Of a stretch of 64,000 nucleotides of DNA, positions 37,229 to 47,609 are shown one piece after another; within the stretch, counting starts at the first letter, position 1, and the number at the start of each line of letters is the position of its first letter. Under the pieces are notes generated by a model, which saw only the letters and a program-made list of their open reading frames with translations, made no database searches and was not told where the DNA came from. The stretch is taken from the IMG/VR virus record IMGVR_UViG_3300022660_000043; one strand, 5' to 3'. The position numbers and the translations under genes are program-made. This stretch comes from a virus (Duplodnaviria; Caudoviricetes).

Positions 37229-40081
37229 TTAGCTAGTATATATTTCGTGAGCTACACCACAGCTAGGACACTCCCAGGTATCTCCCATTTGATAGCCATC
37301 TGCACCAGTGCCATGACTTACATGGTCTTTATAAGGACAAACATACAAAGGTATCATGCCATCGTTATAGTGTGTGCAGTAAACATAGTATTCTCGAGAG
37401 CCGACACATTCACAGTGCTCATCGTGATAGCACTCTATACAGTAATAAGTACCATCAGCTGCTTCATAAGCCGTTCCAGCAGGACTGATACCATTACCAC
37501 AACCACAAAAATTACTAGTAGTAAGTATAGGCTTACCACAGTCTGCGCAGGATGTCCAGCTATCAGAGCAATTATCACATAGCTGTTTGCCATCTGAAGA
37601 TTCAAAAACTGTACCACAGCAGAAGCAAGGAATCTCTGGAGGACTATCTGATATACAGCCACAATTAGCAGCAGCTTCCTCAGCTGACATATACCAACTA
37701 TCGCAATTAGCATTTGAATCCCAGTATGCATGCGGATTAGCTCCACATATACATGTAGGTGCGTCATAATCATAGTGATTTTCAGGACCTTCTCTATCTA
37801 TCTCATTACCAGCACCATCGTAAGTAACTTTATAGTGGCCTTGGGCATTAGCATATTCGTACTTAACAGTTTCAGTATTACAGGTATTGCATATACCGCC
37901 ACCACCATGTACCCATTCTTCATACACAGTTAAGTGAGCACCACACCGAGAGCAATTACTCATAGGATCTGCAGTAAGAGTACTGTTAGCGCAAGTATAA
38001 CAATACCACTCCGTATTATCAGCATTTTCTCGTTCAAAACCTTCATCAATTACGTTGCCGCACACTACACAGTAAGTACAAGAAGGACACTTGTCATAAT
38101 ATTCTATACCATGTGTACCACACAAATTACTCTTATGGGCGTCACAACAATAATACTTTTGCTCTCCGCCATAATCAGTACTTTCAAAATTTCCTCTCTT
38201 TAAGCATCCTGGATAGCTACACGTATATGGTGCCTTAAGCATGTCGATAATTTCAGTAAGAGTATTTTCTAAAGCACTACTTGTAGCCGAACTTATGTTA
38301 TTTCCATTTGTATAGTATCTAGCAGCTACTGCAATGCCTTTCATATAGTCACCAGGAGTTAGATTTGTCGTTTTTGAACGTGTTAGTGCAAGGTGACTAA
38401 TAAGAGCATCATGTATTGACTTAATGCCTATTTTCTTATTACCTAGATCATCTTCAGGTAAAGAACCACATATATTTTCAGTTGCTGAAACTAATTCTCC
38501 CCATAGTTCTCTTAGGGTTGTATTACTAAAGTTTATTGAAGGTGCTTCATCGGTTTCATCAGTTTCTACATGATAAATTACTGTATTTGAAACAACAGGA
38601 TCTTTGACAATATCAACAGACTCATCTGTGCAATAAAACTTTACTGCTGCTTTATAAGAAGATCCGTCAACTATTTCTAATTCACTAGACTCCTCAGCAC
38701 CAGAAGGAAGATTTTTAAGGTCAATTCCGGTAGTCAATAGACTATTAAAATAATTAAAGTCGTTTACAGTATCGCCGTTTCCATAATGATACCAAACTCC
38801 ATTCTCATCTATATCCTCTGTATCTTTATATATATGTAAGTCTATCTCAAACAGGTCACTACCATTTGCATCTGCTGTACCGGTTAATATGAGATCATCA
38901 CTCAAAGAAAGAGTAACTATTGGTTCTGAGGTATCAGCTGATCCTAGGTTAGCTGTAAATGTAGTACTGCAACCCCATCCGCCGTCACCAATATCTGGTA
39001 CGACCAAATCAATATATACAGTGCATTCTCCACCACCAATTTCCTCTACTGCTGATGTAATATCTAGGCCAGCAGCTAAGGCAGAAACTAAGCTAGAGCC
39101 TGAAGAACCCCTAGGATAAATATCTGCAGTATCATCATTAGCATTCTCACAATAGCAGTCCCCAGTCGTTATATTTTCGATAGAATATGTGCCAGTGATT
39201 AAAGTGCCGTATACAACAATTTTATCATCATTTGTAGTTGTTACAGCCAAATCAGAACAAAATGGTTCAACACAATTTGCTTGATAAATAGTTACTATAC
39301 AGTCTTGAGTTTCAGATATTGCAACACCATTATAAGACCATGTACCTGTAAGTAAATCACCTTCAAGAGTACTGCCTTCGTCAAATTCAACTTTATAGCC
39401 ATAGCCATTAGTATATCTATCAGAGTCATTGTCATAGTAATAAGATTTTGGAGTAAGAATACCTTTTTCTCCATTAACATAATAAGTGGTTCCAAGTTGT
39501 AAAAATGAATGATTATTATGCCAGTTACCAAAACCGCTATTTTCTTTAGCTAGTAGCTCGTAAAAAGAATGTTCTATTATTTGTTTATAGCGAAAAGAGT
39601 CAGTATCATTTGTATATGCTAAAATATATTTAGCATCGTCTTTGAGCTCATCAGGGATATAAGTAGTGTCATCCCCATCATTTATAGACTCATAATACAT
39701 TTGAATAGTAATATCATGATCTCTTACTTCATCCTCAAGGTCTATCCGACAGCTACTGTTCATATACCAGTCAGAAAAATCAAGATCAACAGTTACTATA
39801 TAATTATTAGAGTTGTCGGACTCATATGGAGAGTCGGGAGTAAATTCAGTTTGATAGGAAGCACTACTCCAAGAGCCATCATCAAATGCAATTGAGTCTA
39901 TTTCGATAATTTTCTCCATTGGGTAGCCATTAGGAGAACTAAACTCTAGATATAGTTTATTACCTTGAATATTAGTATCTTGCATATCATCACTCAAGGT
40001 TTCTGCATCAAAACTTATAGAATTTATATCGCCCGCTTGATAGTTTGATGTATTATAATAAAATAGCTGTTTATGTGCCAT
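37229..40081 (-). CDS. Large acidic protein with Cys-rich (CxxC) C-terminal third, probable virion appendage
   Basis: 950 aa; many CxxC pairs; helical segment shared with 43971..47591. Confidence 0.55.
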   Translation of the reverse strand: MAHKQLFYYNTSNYQAGDINSISFDAETLSDDMQDTNIQGNKLYLEFSSPNGYPMEKIIEIDSIAFDDGSWSSASYQTEFTPDSPYESDNSNNYIVTVDLDFSDWYMNSSCRIDLEDEVRDHDITIQMYYESINDGDDTTYIPDELKDDAKYILAYTNDTDSFRYKQIIEHSFYELLAKENSGFGNWHNNHSFLQLGTTYYVNGEKGILTPKSYYYDNDSDRYTNGYGYKVEFDEGSTLEGDLLTGTWSYNGVAISETQDCIVTIYQANCVEPFCSDLAVTTTNDDKIVVYGTLITGTYSIENITTGDCYCENANDDTADIYPRGSSGSSLVSALAAGLDITSAVEEIGGGECTVYIDLVVPDIGDGGWGCSTTFTANLGSADTSEPIVTLSLSDDLILTGTADANGSDLFEIDLHIYKDTEDIDENGVWYHYGNGDTVNDFNYFNSLLTTGIDLKNLPSGAEESSELEIVDGSSYKAAVKFYCTDESVDIVKDPVVSNTVIYHVETDETDEAPSINFSNTTLRELWGELVSATENICGSLPEDDLGNKKIGIKSIHDALISHLALTRSKTTNLTPGDYMKGIAVAARYYTNGNNISSATSSALENTLTEIIDMLKAPYTCSYPGCLKRGNFESTDYGGEQKYYCCDAHKSNLCGTHGIEYYDKCPSCTYCVVCGNVIDEGFERENADNTEWYCYTCANSTLTADPMSNCSRCGAHLTVYEEWVHGGGGICNTCNTETVKYEYANAQGHYKVTYDGAGNEIDREGPENHYDYDAPTCICGANPHAYWDSNANCDSWYMSAEEAAANCGCISDSPPEIPCFCCGTVFESSDGKQLCDNCSDSWTSCADCGKPILTTSNFCGCGNGISPAGTAYEAADGTYYCIECYHDEHCECVGSREYYVYCTHYNDGMIPLYVCPYKDHVSHGTGADGYQMGDTWECPSCGVAHEIYTS

Positions 40082-40133
40082 ATTACTTATTCCTCCAATC
40101 TATATAAAATAATGTAGTCATAAGTAACTTCCT

Positions 40134-40565
40134 TTACCAAGTACCTGTTAATAATACTGATTCTAAGTATGCTTTAGTTACTACACTGTTACTCTCAGAG
40201 AAAGATTCAGAAGTTATAGTAATATTAGAGGCCCTTATATCTCCACCGACTGTAAGATCGTAACCGCTTTCGATAGTGACATCCTGGCTTATGGAACTTA
40301 AATCAATATCAGTGCCACCTCCAGAAGTAGTGGCGCCACCAGCCCATGGTAAGTTTGCAAGAGTAGTAGTTCCATCGCCAACCTTAAGTTTACGATAACC
40401 ATTCTCTGCGGGATATACATATACTTCACTCATTTTTGGAATACAAGTAGATTCATCTACAGACTCATTAGTAATTTTATCTGTAAGAGTATATACAGTT
40501 CCATCATAAGTACCGTCTAAAAGTCTATATGGAACATTTAATTTAGTAAACTACTGCATTGCCAT
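40134..40565 (-). CDS. Mtd-N-like (KVGDG) fibre protein with an in-frame TAG at codon 5
   Basis: AAAGGAG SD + ATG GCA ATG CAG TAG, then open frame continuous with 40134..40433. Confidence 0.6.
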
Positions 40566-40612
40566 TTAAGTAAGTTCTCCTTTATAAAGAATTATTTTTC
40601 ACATAATTTAGC

Positions 40613-40659
40613 AAATATTCAAGCTTGACTTTAGTTAGCTTTGGTCAAGCTTGAATATT
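40613..40659. terminator. Long hairpin / terminator
   Basis: aaatattcaagcttgac/gtcaagcttgaatattt. Confidence 0.6.
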
Positions 40660-40665
40660 TTAGTA

Positions 40666-41175
40666 TCACCATTGAGTGCTTAAGAGTTTGTTATTTACAT
40701 AAGATTCTACTAAAGAATCTAGTTTGCTAGTCAAATCTTCTTCAACCCTGCCTAACTCTTGCTCAAAATAGCTCTTATTTATTGCGTGTGTATCAGCCTC
40801 TGGTGCAGCCATAATTGATACATAATCTGCAGTTAAACTAGTGCCTGCTAGTTCTCCAAAGCTTAACGCTCCATTAATGTTTAAATCTCCTCCAACAGTC
40901 AGATCACACCCTTCGGCAATAGTGACATCTTGAGTAATATTGGAAAAGTCTATTGATACATTATTATCAGAAGAAAAGCCTACAAAAGGCAAAGCTTTTA
41001 TTGGAGTAGTACTTCCATCGCCAATTTTTAGTCTAACCTGGTCTATACCTTCATCATTGGTTGTATGATATACTGCAAATTCACCTAAACCAAGTGTTTG
41101 ATTTTCAAAGTCCTCAATGCTATTATAGTCTAGTGTTAATTTTCTTCCATAATAATTTATTAAGTAACAAGTCAT
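40666..41175 (-). CDS. Mtd-N-like (KIGDG) fibre protein
   Basis: LGEFAV..RLKIGDG..LPF; C-terminal LLSTQW. Confidence 0.6.
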   Translation of the reverse strand: MTCYLINYYGRKLTLDYNSIEDFENQTLGLGEFAVYHTTNDEGIDQVRLKIGDGSTTPIKALPFVGFSSDNNVSIDFSNITQDVTIAEGCDLTVGGDLNINGALSFGELAGTSLTADYVSIMAAPEADTHAINKSYFEQELGRVEEDLTSKLDSLVESYVNNKLLSTQW

Positions 41176-41189
41176 TGCAATCAATCTCC

Positions 41190-42731
41190 TTAGAGTAACG
41201 TAATTGTTGTAGCTGAACTTGGTACTCTGACATATCTACATCTAGTAGAACTGCCTACCATACCTGTAGTGGTAGCTACACTAGAAGTTACGCTAGTACT
41301 TCCATAATGACAGAATAGAATTAATGTAGATCCTACAGGACAGTAATACTGGGATAACGGATTACTCTCGGTAGCAGAGGTAGAAACTGTTAGTATATTA
41401 GTTGAAGGTATGACTCCATTAGCTATAGAAAAACTTGTGGATGCGCTAGTAGATAAGTATCCGAGTACTTGATATGAGTAGCTCGTTCTATTTACAAATT
41501 TTACATTTACTGTATTTGGGTAGTAAGCATTAATTGGGTAATAAGCTAGAAGGCCTCCTGTATTTAAAGAAATTTCATCTGTGAAATAAGAAGTGCCTTC
41601 AATATAACCAGAATCTATAGCTATCTCTGACTCTCCAACAGTGACTGTGCCTCCAGAGGTTGATACTTGCACATAAGCACCAGAGGTTGGTTTAGTAGTT
41701 GTTTTTGAACCTAAGGTTACATATTTACCAGTGGCCATAACCGTCCCTGCTGAAGTACTATTAGTTCCTTGAGTGATAGTAGGAGTGACAATAGGAATAT
41801 CGGTCTCTAAATTTCCAGATAGCTGATAGGTATCTATCCAACCATAATTTTGAAATTCAGCTGAAACTCCTAGTGTTAAAGTGCCATCAGTATCTTGTAT
41901 TCCATCATATACAAATGAATCAATAGAAGCATTAGGTAGCTCTTTAGTGGTGGTCTGTATTATAGTATCAGCAACCTCTGGTTCTACAATTTTAAACTGT
42001 ACGGAATCATTGTTGCTATCAACGCTGATATCTTTTCTAAATTTTACATAGATAAAATGTGATCCTACTGTTACACTTGAGTAAGTTACGTCAACTTCTG
42101 AGGCAGACTGTAAACCACTAAACGACTTATAAATGCTTGCGTCCCCACTAATATCAGTATCGAAGCTAGTTGATATTGCAGTATCTATGTTGCCAAATAC
42201 AGCGTAGTCATAACTAGATTCTGCATAATTTATTACTTTAAAGGTAATATCACAGGCAGTGGTTACTTCAAAGTTTACTCTACATACTGCTGCTGATTCA
42301 TGCTCACCATCATCGGGCGCGCCGTTTTGTGACTCCCAATATCCGGCATCATTAAGAGCAAAACCATAATCGGCGCCATCGGCTTGGGCAATAATAGTAT
42401 AAGTAAAGCTAGGATTACCACCCGCAATATAACCACAAGATTGTGTAGTAGTAGCTGTAACAACACCAGCATCAGAGACTGAAATTGCAGGTGAGGCTAA
42501 ATCTACTTTAATAGCGTCTAAGTCATATAGCCATTCAAGATTACTAAAAGTAGAAACGCCATCACCAATTTTTATTTTTATAGCGTCTTCTAGATTACCA
42601 GTTGTAGTATGCACGACACATACACCTTCTCCAAGTATCTCAGAGTCTGATGGAAGTGCTTCATCTGTTGCTAAGTCTTGGATAATTATATATTTTCTAT
42701 TATATTTTTTAAAGTGTGTTGAAGTACTCAT
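41190..42731 (-). CDS. Fibre/receptor-binding-like protein, Mtd-N-like N-terminus and beta-sandwich domain
   Basis: KIKIGDG..LEW; ESSYDY..GSHFIYVKFRKD..NND. Confidence 0.55.
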   Translation of the reverse strand: MSTSTHFKKYNRKYIIIQDLATDEALPSDSEILGEGVCVVHTTTGNLEDAIKIKIGDGVSTFSNLEWLYDLDAIKVDLASPAISVSDAGVVTATTTQSCGYIAGGNPSFTYTIIAQADGADYGFALNDAGYWESQNGAPDDGEHESAAVCRVNFEVTTACDITFKVINYAESSYDYAVFGNIDTAISTSFDTDISGDASIYKSFSGLQSASEVDVTYSSVTVGSHFIYVKFRKDISVDSNNDSVQFKIVEPEVADTIIQTTTKELPNASIDSFVYDGIQDTDGTLTLGVSAEFQNYGWIDTYQLSGNLETDIPIVTPTITQGTNSTSAGTVMATGKYVTLGSKTTTKPTSGAYVQVSTSGGTVTVGESEIAIDSGYIEGTSYFTDEISLNTGGLLAYYPINAYYPNTVNVKFVNRTSYSYQVLGYLSTSASTSFSIANGVIPSTNILTVSTSATESNPLSQYYCPVGSTLILFCHYGSTSVTSSVATTTGMVGSSTRCRYVRVPSSATTITLL

Positions 42732-42743
42732 TTATTTTCTCCT

Positions 42744-43184
42744 TTAATAAGATTCTTCGGTATCAAGTTTAAATAAAAATCCACGTGCAATATTTTTAGC
42801 ATAAGCTTTTCTTATTGCTGTAATATCTTTAAAAATATCTAGGCTATCTAAGTTTTCTATTAAAACTTGGCTATTAACAAATTTATAAGATTTTATTAAT
42901 TTGCCTTCATAGTAGCACATGCAAAAATTACAAAAAGTCATTAGATGCTCAATATTATCAAATTGTTCCTTAGTTACAACCTTGCAGTCTACTTTTAATC
43001 TATACTTGTGCGCATTCTTGAGCAGCGCCCAAGCAATATCAGTGCTATAAGTACAGCAGTCAATATCATTCCAATAAGGATACCACAAGTAGGATCCAGT
43101 AATTTTAACTTTCGTCTTGTCTATGCCCCGTAACAATAAATCAGCTTCTTCAAAAGATTCACGTAATTGAATAAAATCGGGCAT
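42744..43184 (-). CDS. Hypothetical protein
   Basis: 146-aa ORF; no recognisable motif. Confidence 0.5.
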   Translation of the reverse strand: MPDFIQLRESFEEADLLLRGIDKTKVKITGSYLWYPYWNDIDCCTYSTDIAWALLKNAHKYRLKVDCKVVTKEQFDNIEHLMTFCNFCMCYYEGKLIKSYKFVNSQVLIENLDSLDIFKDITAIRKAYAKNIARGFLFKLDTEESY

Positions 43185-43186
43185 TT

Positions 43187-43909
43187 TTATTTATTTTCCT
43201 CCATTATCCAGCATTTTTGCTTATTTAAAGAGTACTTTTTACTCGGCATATATAAGGTACTATCATCTATTGGATAATATCCAAACTTTTCAGCTACGTG
43301 CCTATCTCCCTTAATCAGTATTGAAAAGTCTTGCATAATACCATCATTAAATTTTTTCATAAGAGGTGCTTTAACTAATCTGCCAGTGTTATCTAAGCAA
43401 AACAAAGTTTCTTTAGGCATTCTAGCTAAGTTATCAGTTTTTATTGAATGAAAAGTAGTTACAATCCATTTCTGTAATGCATTATGCCACTTTAAGTGAA
43501 AGACATAAGAGTTGCCCCAAGCAAGACTTGGACAGTAACCATTGGCAAATAAAAATTTTTCTTCAATTAGTAGACATATAGGACGCTCATTATTTTTTTT
43601 CGGTAAGTCAATTTCAATTAAAGCTTCTGCCAGAGGATCTGTTATAAAAGGCTCGCTATGTAAATAGATACAAATTATAGAGTCCATGCAACTTTCTAGA
43701 TCATAAAATCCTCGAATAATATACCTACTATTCTCTGAAACTTTTAGATGCCAAATAGGCATAGTTTTATTAATCGACCCAAGCCAAGTATCCGGCGTTA
43801 TTAGCTTTGGAAGCTTATCTGCATCATTATAAATATTTAACGGATTAGGTCTTAAGTTTGAATTGTTTAATGGACTTGGATCAACAGACAATAAATTCAA
43901 TAATATCAC
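43187..43909 (-). CDS. Hypothetical protein
   Basis: 240-aa ORF with GAGG SD; no recognisable motif. Confidence 0.5.
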   Translation of the reverse strand: MILLNLLSVDPSPLNNSNLRPNPLNIYNDADKLPKLITPDTWLGSINKTMPIWHLKVSENSRYIIRGFYDLESCMDSIICIYLHSEPFITDPLAEALIEIDLPKKNNERPICLLIEEKFLFANGYCPSLAWGNSYVFHLKWHNALQKWIVTTFHSIKTDNLARMPKETLFCLDNTGRLVKAPLMKKFNDGIMQDFSILIKGDRHVAEKFGYYPIDDSTLYMPSKKYSLNKQKCWIMEENK

Positions 43910-43919
43910 CTCTCGGATA

Positions 43920-43956
43920 TTTGAGTATTGTCTGCTTTTATACAGACAATACTCAA
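43920..43956. terminator. Hairpin / terminator
   Basis: ttgagtattgtctg/cagacaatactcaa. Confidence 0.6.
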
Positions 43957-43970
43957 AATAGTAGTTTAAA

Positions 43971-46900
43971 TTAGCTTACAGCAAAACGGTTTGATTCATC
44001 AAAGTCATCCCATTCGCCACCACAGCCATCACAATACCAGTGTCCGGACTCGTTGTCATAAGTAGCATCCCAACCACCAGGTTGTCCACAACCATGAGTA
44101 TAGTTACCACACTGGTCACAGATAAATGGTAGCTTAATATTTGCTTCATTGTACTGACATTCTACAAACGGGCAGGTACGATAATCGTTACAGCTGGGGC
44201 AACGGTAGTAAGATGTAGCATCATAATAAGAGTCACAATTACTACAATAAGCATCACCTGTGCCTCCACCTCCGCCACCAGTTCCTGTAGAATGAAGAGT
44301 TATATCAGCTCCGCACCCTGGACAAGTAAAGTAATATTCACCAGCTGACGCATAGTAATAATAAGTATCACCACCATTGCAGCTATGTGTGGTTTTATTT
44401 GTAGATGCAGAATAACCATCTGCAAATCCAGAAGTTAAATCGCCTCCATCATAGCAATAGTAATACTGGTCTCCTGATGAGCCACTGCTTCCGCTGCCTC
44501 CACCTGAGTTACTAGGATGGCCTCCTGCCTCTTCATGCTTAGCGAAACAGCTCATACAAAGATACGTACAGCAACTATACGCATCATATTCATAATTATC
44601 AGTAAGTGTTGTTCCGCAATAAGAGCAGTAAAGTGTGCTATTATTTGATGTTACATAACTAGCCCCAGTCTCCACCATGTCTCCACCAAAGACAGTGGTA
44701 TCATCATAATAAAGTTGCGCTCCTTGATAATACACTACTTCATCGGAAGCATCTGGTGCCATTGTAGTCCACATCCAAGTAATATCAGGTGGTGGATTTC
44801 CGTAATCTTCAGTAATATCATAGTAGTAATCGGCATTAAAGTTAACGGTAACTTCTTCATTATTAATATCTACTGTACATGTTGTAGTATAAGTACCACC
44901 AGCTACAATCGTATCAGTACTGGGATCTACTTTATCATTACCCTTAAAGAGTGGTTTTCCATTATAGACAACAATTGATTCATCTACAACTTCAAAGCCA
45001 CTAGCGCTTATCAGGTCATTACTATCATACCAGGTTAGGCTAGGATAATATGTCAGCTCTACAGTGTCACCATTTACATAAATGTCGCCAGTGGTATGTT
45101 GTAGTATTGTGTTGTCAGTATTAATAATAATTTCTTCTCCACATAAAGGACAGCTTTCGTAAGCATAATCAGACCCTTCTGCGGAGCAATATAGGGTCTC
45201 TTTACAATGAGGACAGCTGGTAGTAGTATAACCAACTCCAGATATTGGTTCAGCAGTCCAAGCAGGATCGGAATCATAGTAATAATACCTTGTTTCCTCG
45301 ACGGCATCATAGCTTCTTCCTGAAACTATAGCGTCAGTAGCGCTAATCCTAGTACCTTGATAATACAGTGGCTTATTTTCATAAGTTATATAATCATTTT
45401 CATCCATCGCTACTCCAGGAGTACCTGTTGCATATTCCCATGTATATACTCCATTTACAAGTTCACTTACTTTTAATGTGATCCAATTTTCATTAATCAT
45501 AACCTCTCTTGCATAAACACAGGTATATACATCACCATTTGCTATAGAAGTGCTTTGTCCTACTATTTCATCACCTTTCCACAAGTTAACGCCTTTATAA
45601 AGGAAATGATCTTCATCTCCCAAAATCAAGTCTTCTGGATATCCAGATTCAACAAACTCCCAAACATCTTCTCCGCCACCGCCGTCAATATCTTCTGTGA
45701 GAGCTCTAACTGTAATATCTTCTTGATCACCACTCACAGTTTCGATAGTAATGTTATAATAGCGATACTCTTCAGTGTCAGTCGAGTCCGCTTCAGTGAC
45801 TTTAAATGTATAGCCAGAATCTGTATAATTGCTCTGAATTTCTATATAATAAGTACTATCAGAAGCAGCATCAAACGTAAATGATATCTCTTGATTATCA
45901 TCACTAGTGCCTGATTCAATAGCCGTGCTAAGATTTTCCGAGTTATATACCCTAACTTCTATATCTTCACATTCGCTACACTCAAATCTATAAGTACCTT
46001 CTGTCTCCGGAGTAAATGAAAACCAAGCGCTTTCAATGCCAGCTCTTATGGTGGCATCAGTAGCTAGGGTTAGACTGTAGGGATAATCTGAGTTAGAACC
46101 TTTATAAATTCTATCCTCCGGATCATCATAGCCGCCACGTATAAAGTTGATCGGTTTATTACAATACTTACAGATAGCTGCCTCATCATAATCACCATCT
46201 GCATAGTACTTAATTTCATCCGAACACCAAGGGCATTGTTCTATATTATAGTCTTCTTCACTGTAATCCTCAGAAACTGTGGTAGTCCAAGTACCATCTG
46301 TCCAGTACCAAGTAATATCTCCGATAGTGATACTAAGTATGCCTTCAGGCATAGTAGCAAGAGTAAATTTACTAGGGTTTCCAGATTTTGTTCTAATAAC
46401 TTCAGCCAACTTTGTCATACAAGAATCAAAATCTTCTTGATCATAGCTAGAATTATCTGTTGTGCCTGTATTTAGAGCATTTAGTGCCTCAATCATGCCT
46501 ACTATAGTAAGTTTATTTGTGCTATCTAAGGAAGCTTTTGTTCTTACAGCATCAGCCAAAGCTGTAAATAAAGAATTTAACGTCTGAGCTTCTACTAAAC
46601 TAAAACCATCAGCTGTTTTAATAAAGCTATTAGATTCAGATGTGTATTCATTCTCTGCGCTATCGTCCCACCAACGGCCAATAGCATAATAAGTATGTCC
46701 TTCAACCCATTCAAAACCGTCAGCACCAGCTACGTCTAAATTGAAAGTTAGACTTGTATCAGCTCCAGTTGAATAAACTGTTTCTCCAGCTGTTACATCA
46801 TAAATATGAAATCCTGTCTCACCAGAAGAATCTGATAGAGTTAATATCGGGTCTCCAGCAGAATTAATTGCTACAGAACAAGTATAACCAGGATTCCAAC

Positions 46901-47591
46901 CACCAGCTGAACCATCATCTTCAGTAATAGTATATCCATCTACAATAATAGCTGCTCCACAATCACCATACGGGCAACTTGTAACTGTTGTTAGAATACT
47001 TGCATTCATGTAAAGCATACGACCACAACTAGGACACGAATCGCTATCCAAACCACTTACATTATAATTATAAGCTTCATACCATGCAAGATCAACAGCA
47101 TCGAAGTAATAAACACTATAAGATGTACCATAAGTAACTGAATCAGTTATTGTATCAGTTCCATATACGAGGTCGCCATATGAAGTATATAAGGGAGATC
47201 CTTCCCAGCCCATATAAGTGCTTTCCTCACTTGTAATTGTGCATAAGTAATCTGGAGGCGCTGGACAATCATCCGCTATCATCAGATGATCCTCACACCA
47301 AGTTAGCCAGTTTTCACCTATCGGAGCTGAATATGAAGTACCTTCAATACTTATGGTACCATAAGTAGGGGATTCATCGAAAGCCGATCCAGTTTCATAA
47401 GTAGCAGCAAATATTTCATCTGTTATTGATACAGCAGTACCATCATATAATAATAAGCAATCTTCATAGAAAACATTACCCTCAAAAGAATAAAAACCTG
47501 CACTAGATCCGTCTCCATCTATAAAGCTTCCCCAAGTTGTACTTTCTTCTACTTGATAAGTTTCTTCATTATTTATTGAGAATTCAATCAT
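43971..47591 (-). CDS. Very large acidic repeat protein with zinc ribbons and a PPC-like beta domain, probable virion appendage
   Basis: 1206 aa; ~6 W..Y..L..V..D..Y repeats, ~4 CPxC..CPxC units, LADAVRTK helix, WFSFTP..YYIEI domain. Confidence 0.55.
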   Translation of the reverse strand: MIEFSINNEETYQVEESTTWGSFIDGDGSSAGFYSFEGNVFYEDCLLLYDGTAVSITDEIFAATYETGSAFDESPTYGTISIEGTSYSAPIGENWLTWCEDHLMIADDCPAPPDYLCTITSEESTYMGWEGSPLYTSYGDLVYGTDTITDSVTYGTSYSVYYFDAVDLAWYEAYNYNVSGLDSDSCPSCGRMLYMNASILTTVTSCPYGDCGAAIIVDGYTITEDDGSAGGWNPGYTCSVAINSAGDPILTLSDSSGETGFHIYDVTAGETVYSTGADTSLTFNLDVAGADGFEWVEGHTYYAIGRWWDDSAENEYTSESNSFIKTADGFSLVEAQTLNSLFTALADAVRTKASLDSTNKLTIVGMIEALNALNTGTTDNSSYDQEDFDSCMTKLAEVIRTKSGNPSKFTLATMPEGILSITIGDITWYWTDGTWTTTVSEDYSEEDYNIEQCPWCSDEIKYYADGDYDEAAICKYCNKPINFIRGGYDDPEDRIYKGSNSDYPYSLTLATDATIRAGIESAWFSFTPETEGTYRFECSECEDIEVRVYNSENLSTAIESGTSDDNQEISFTFDAASDSTYYIEIQSNYTDSGYTFKVTEADSTDTEEYRYYNITIETVSGDQEDITVRALTEDIDGGGGEDVWEFVESGYPEDLILGDEDHFLYKGVNLWKGDEIVGQSTSIANGDVYTCVYAREVMINENWITLKVSELVNGVYTWEYATGTPGVAMDENDYITYENKPLYYQGTRISATDAIVSGRSYDAVEETRYYYYDSDPAWTAEPISGVGYTTTSCPHCKETLYCSAEGSDYAYESCPLCGEEIIINTDNTILQHTTGDIYVNGDTVELTYYPSLTWYDSNDLISASGFEVVDESIVVYNGKPLFKGNDKVDPSTDTIVAGGTYTTTCTVDINNEEVTVNFNADYYYDITEDYGNPPPDITWMWTTMAPDASDEVVYYQGAQLYYDDTTVFGGDMVETGASYVTSNNSTLYCSYCGTTLTDNYEYDAYSCCTYLCMSCFAKHEEAGGHPSNSGGGSGSSGSSGDQYYYCYDGGDLTSGFADGYSASTNKTTHSCNGGDTYYYYASAGEYYFTCPGCGADITLHSTGTGGGGGGTGDAYCSNCDSYYDATSYYRCPSCNDYRTCPFVECQYNEANIKLPFICDQCGNYTHGCGQPGGWDATYDNESGHWYCDGCGGEWDDFDESNRFAVS

Positions 47592-47609
47592 TTCTTATCC
47601 TCCTCATTA

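Noticed and set aside
37229-47591. Diversity-generating retroelement
   Set aside because: No reverse transcriptase or TR/VR pair visible in this window.
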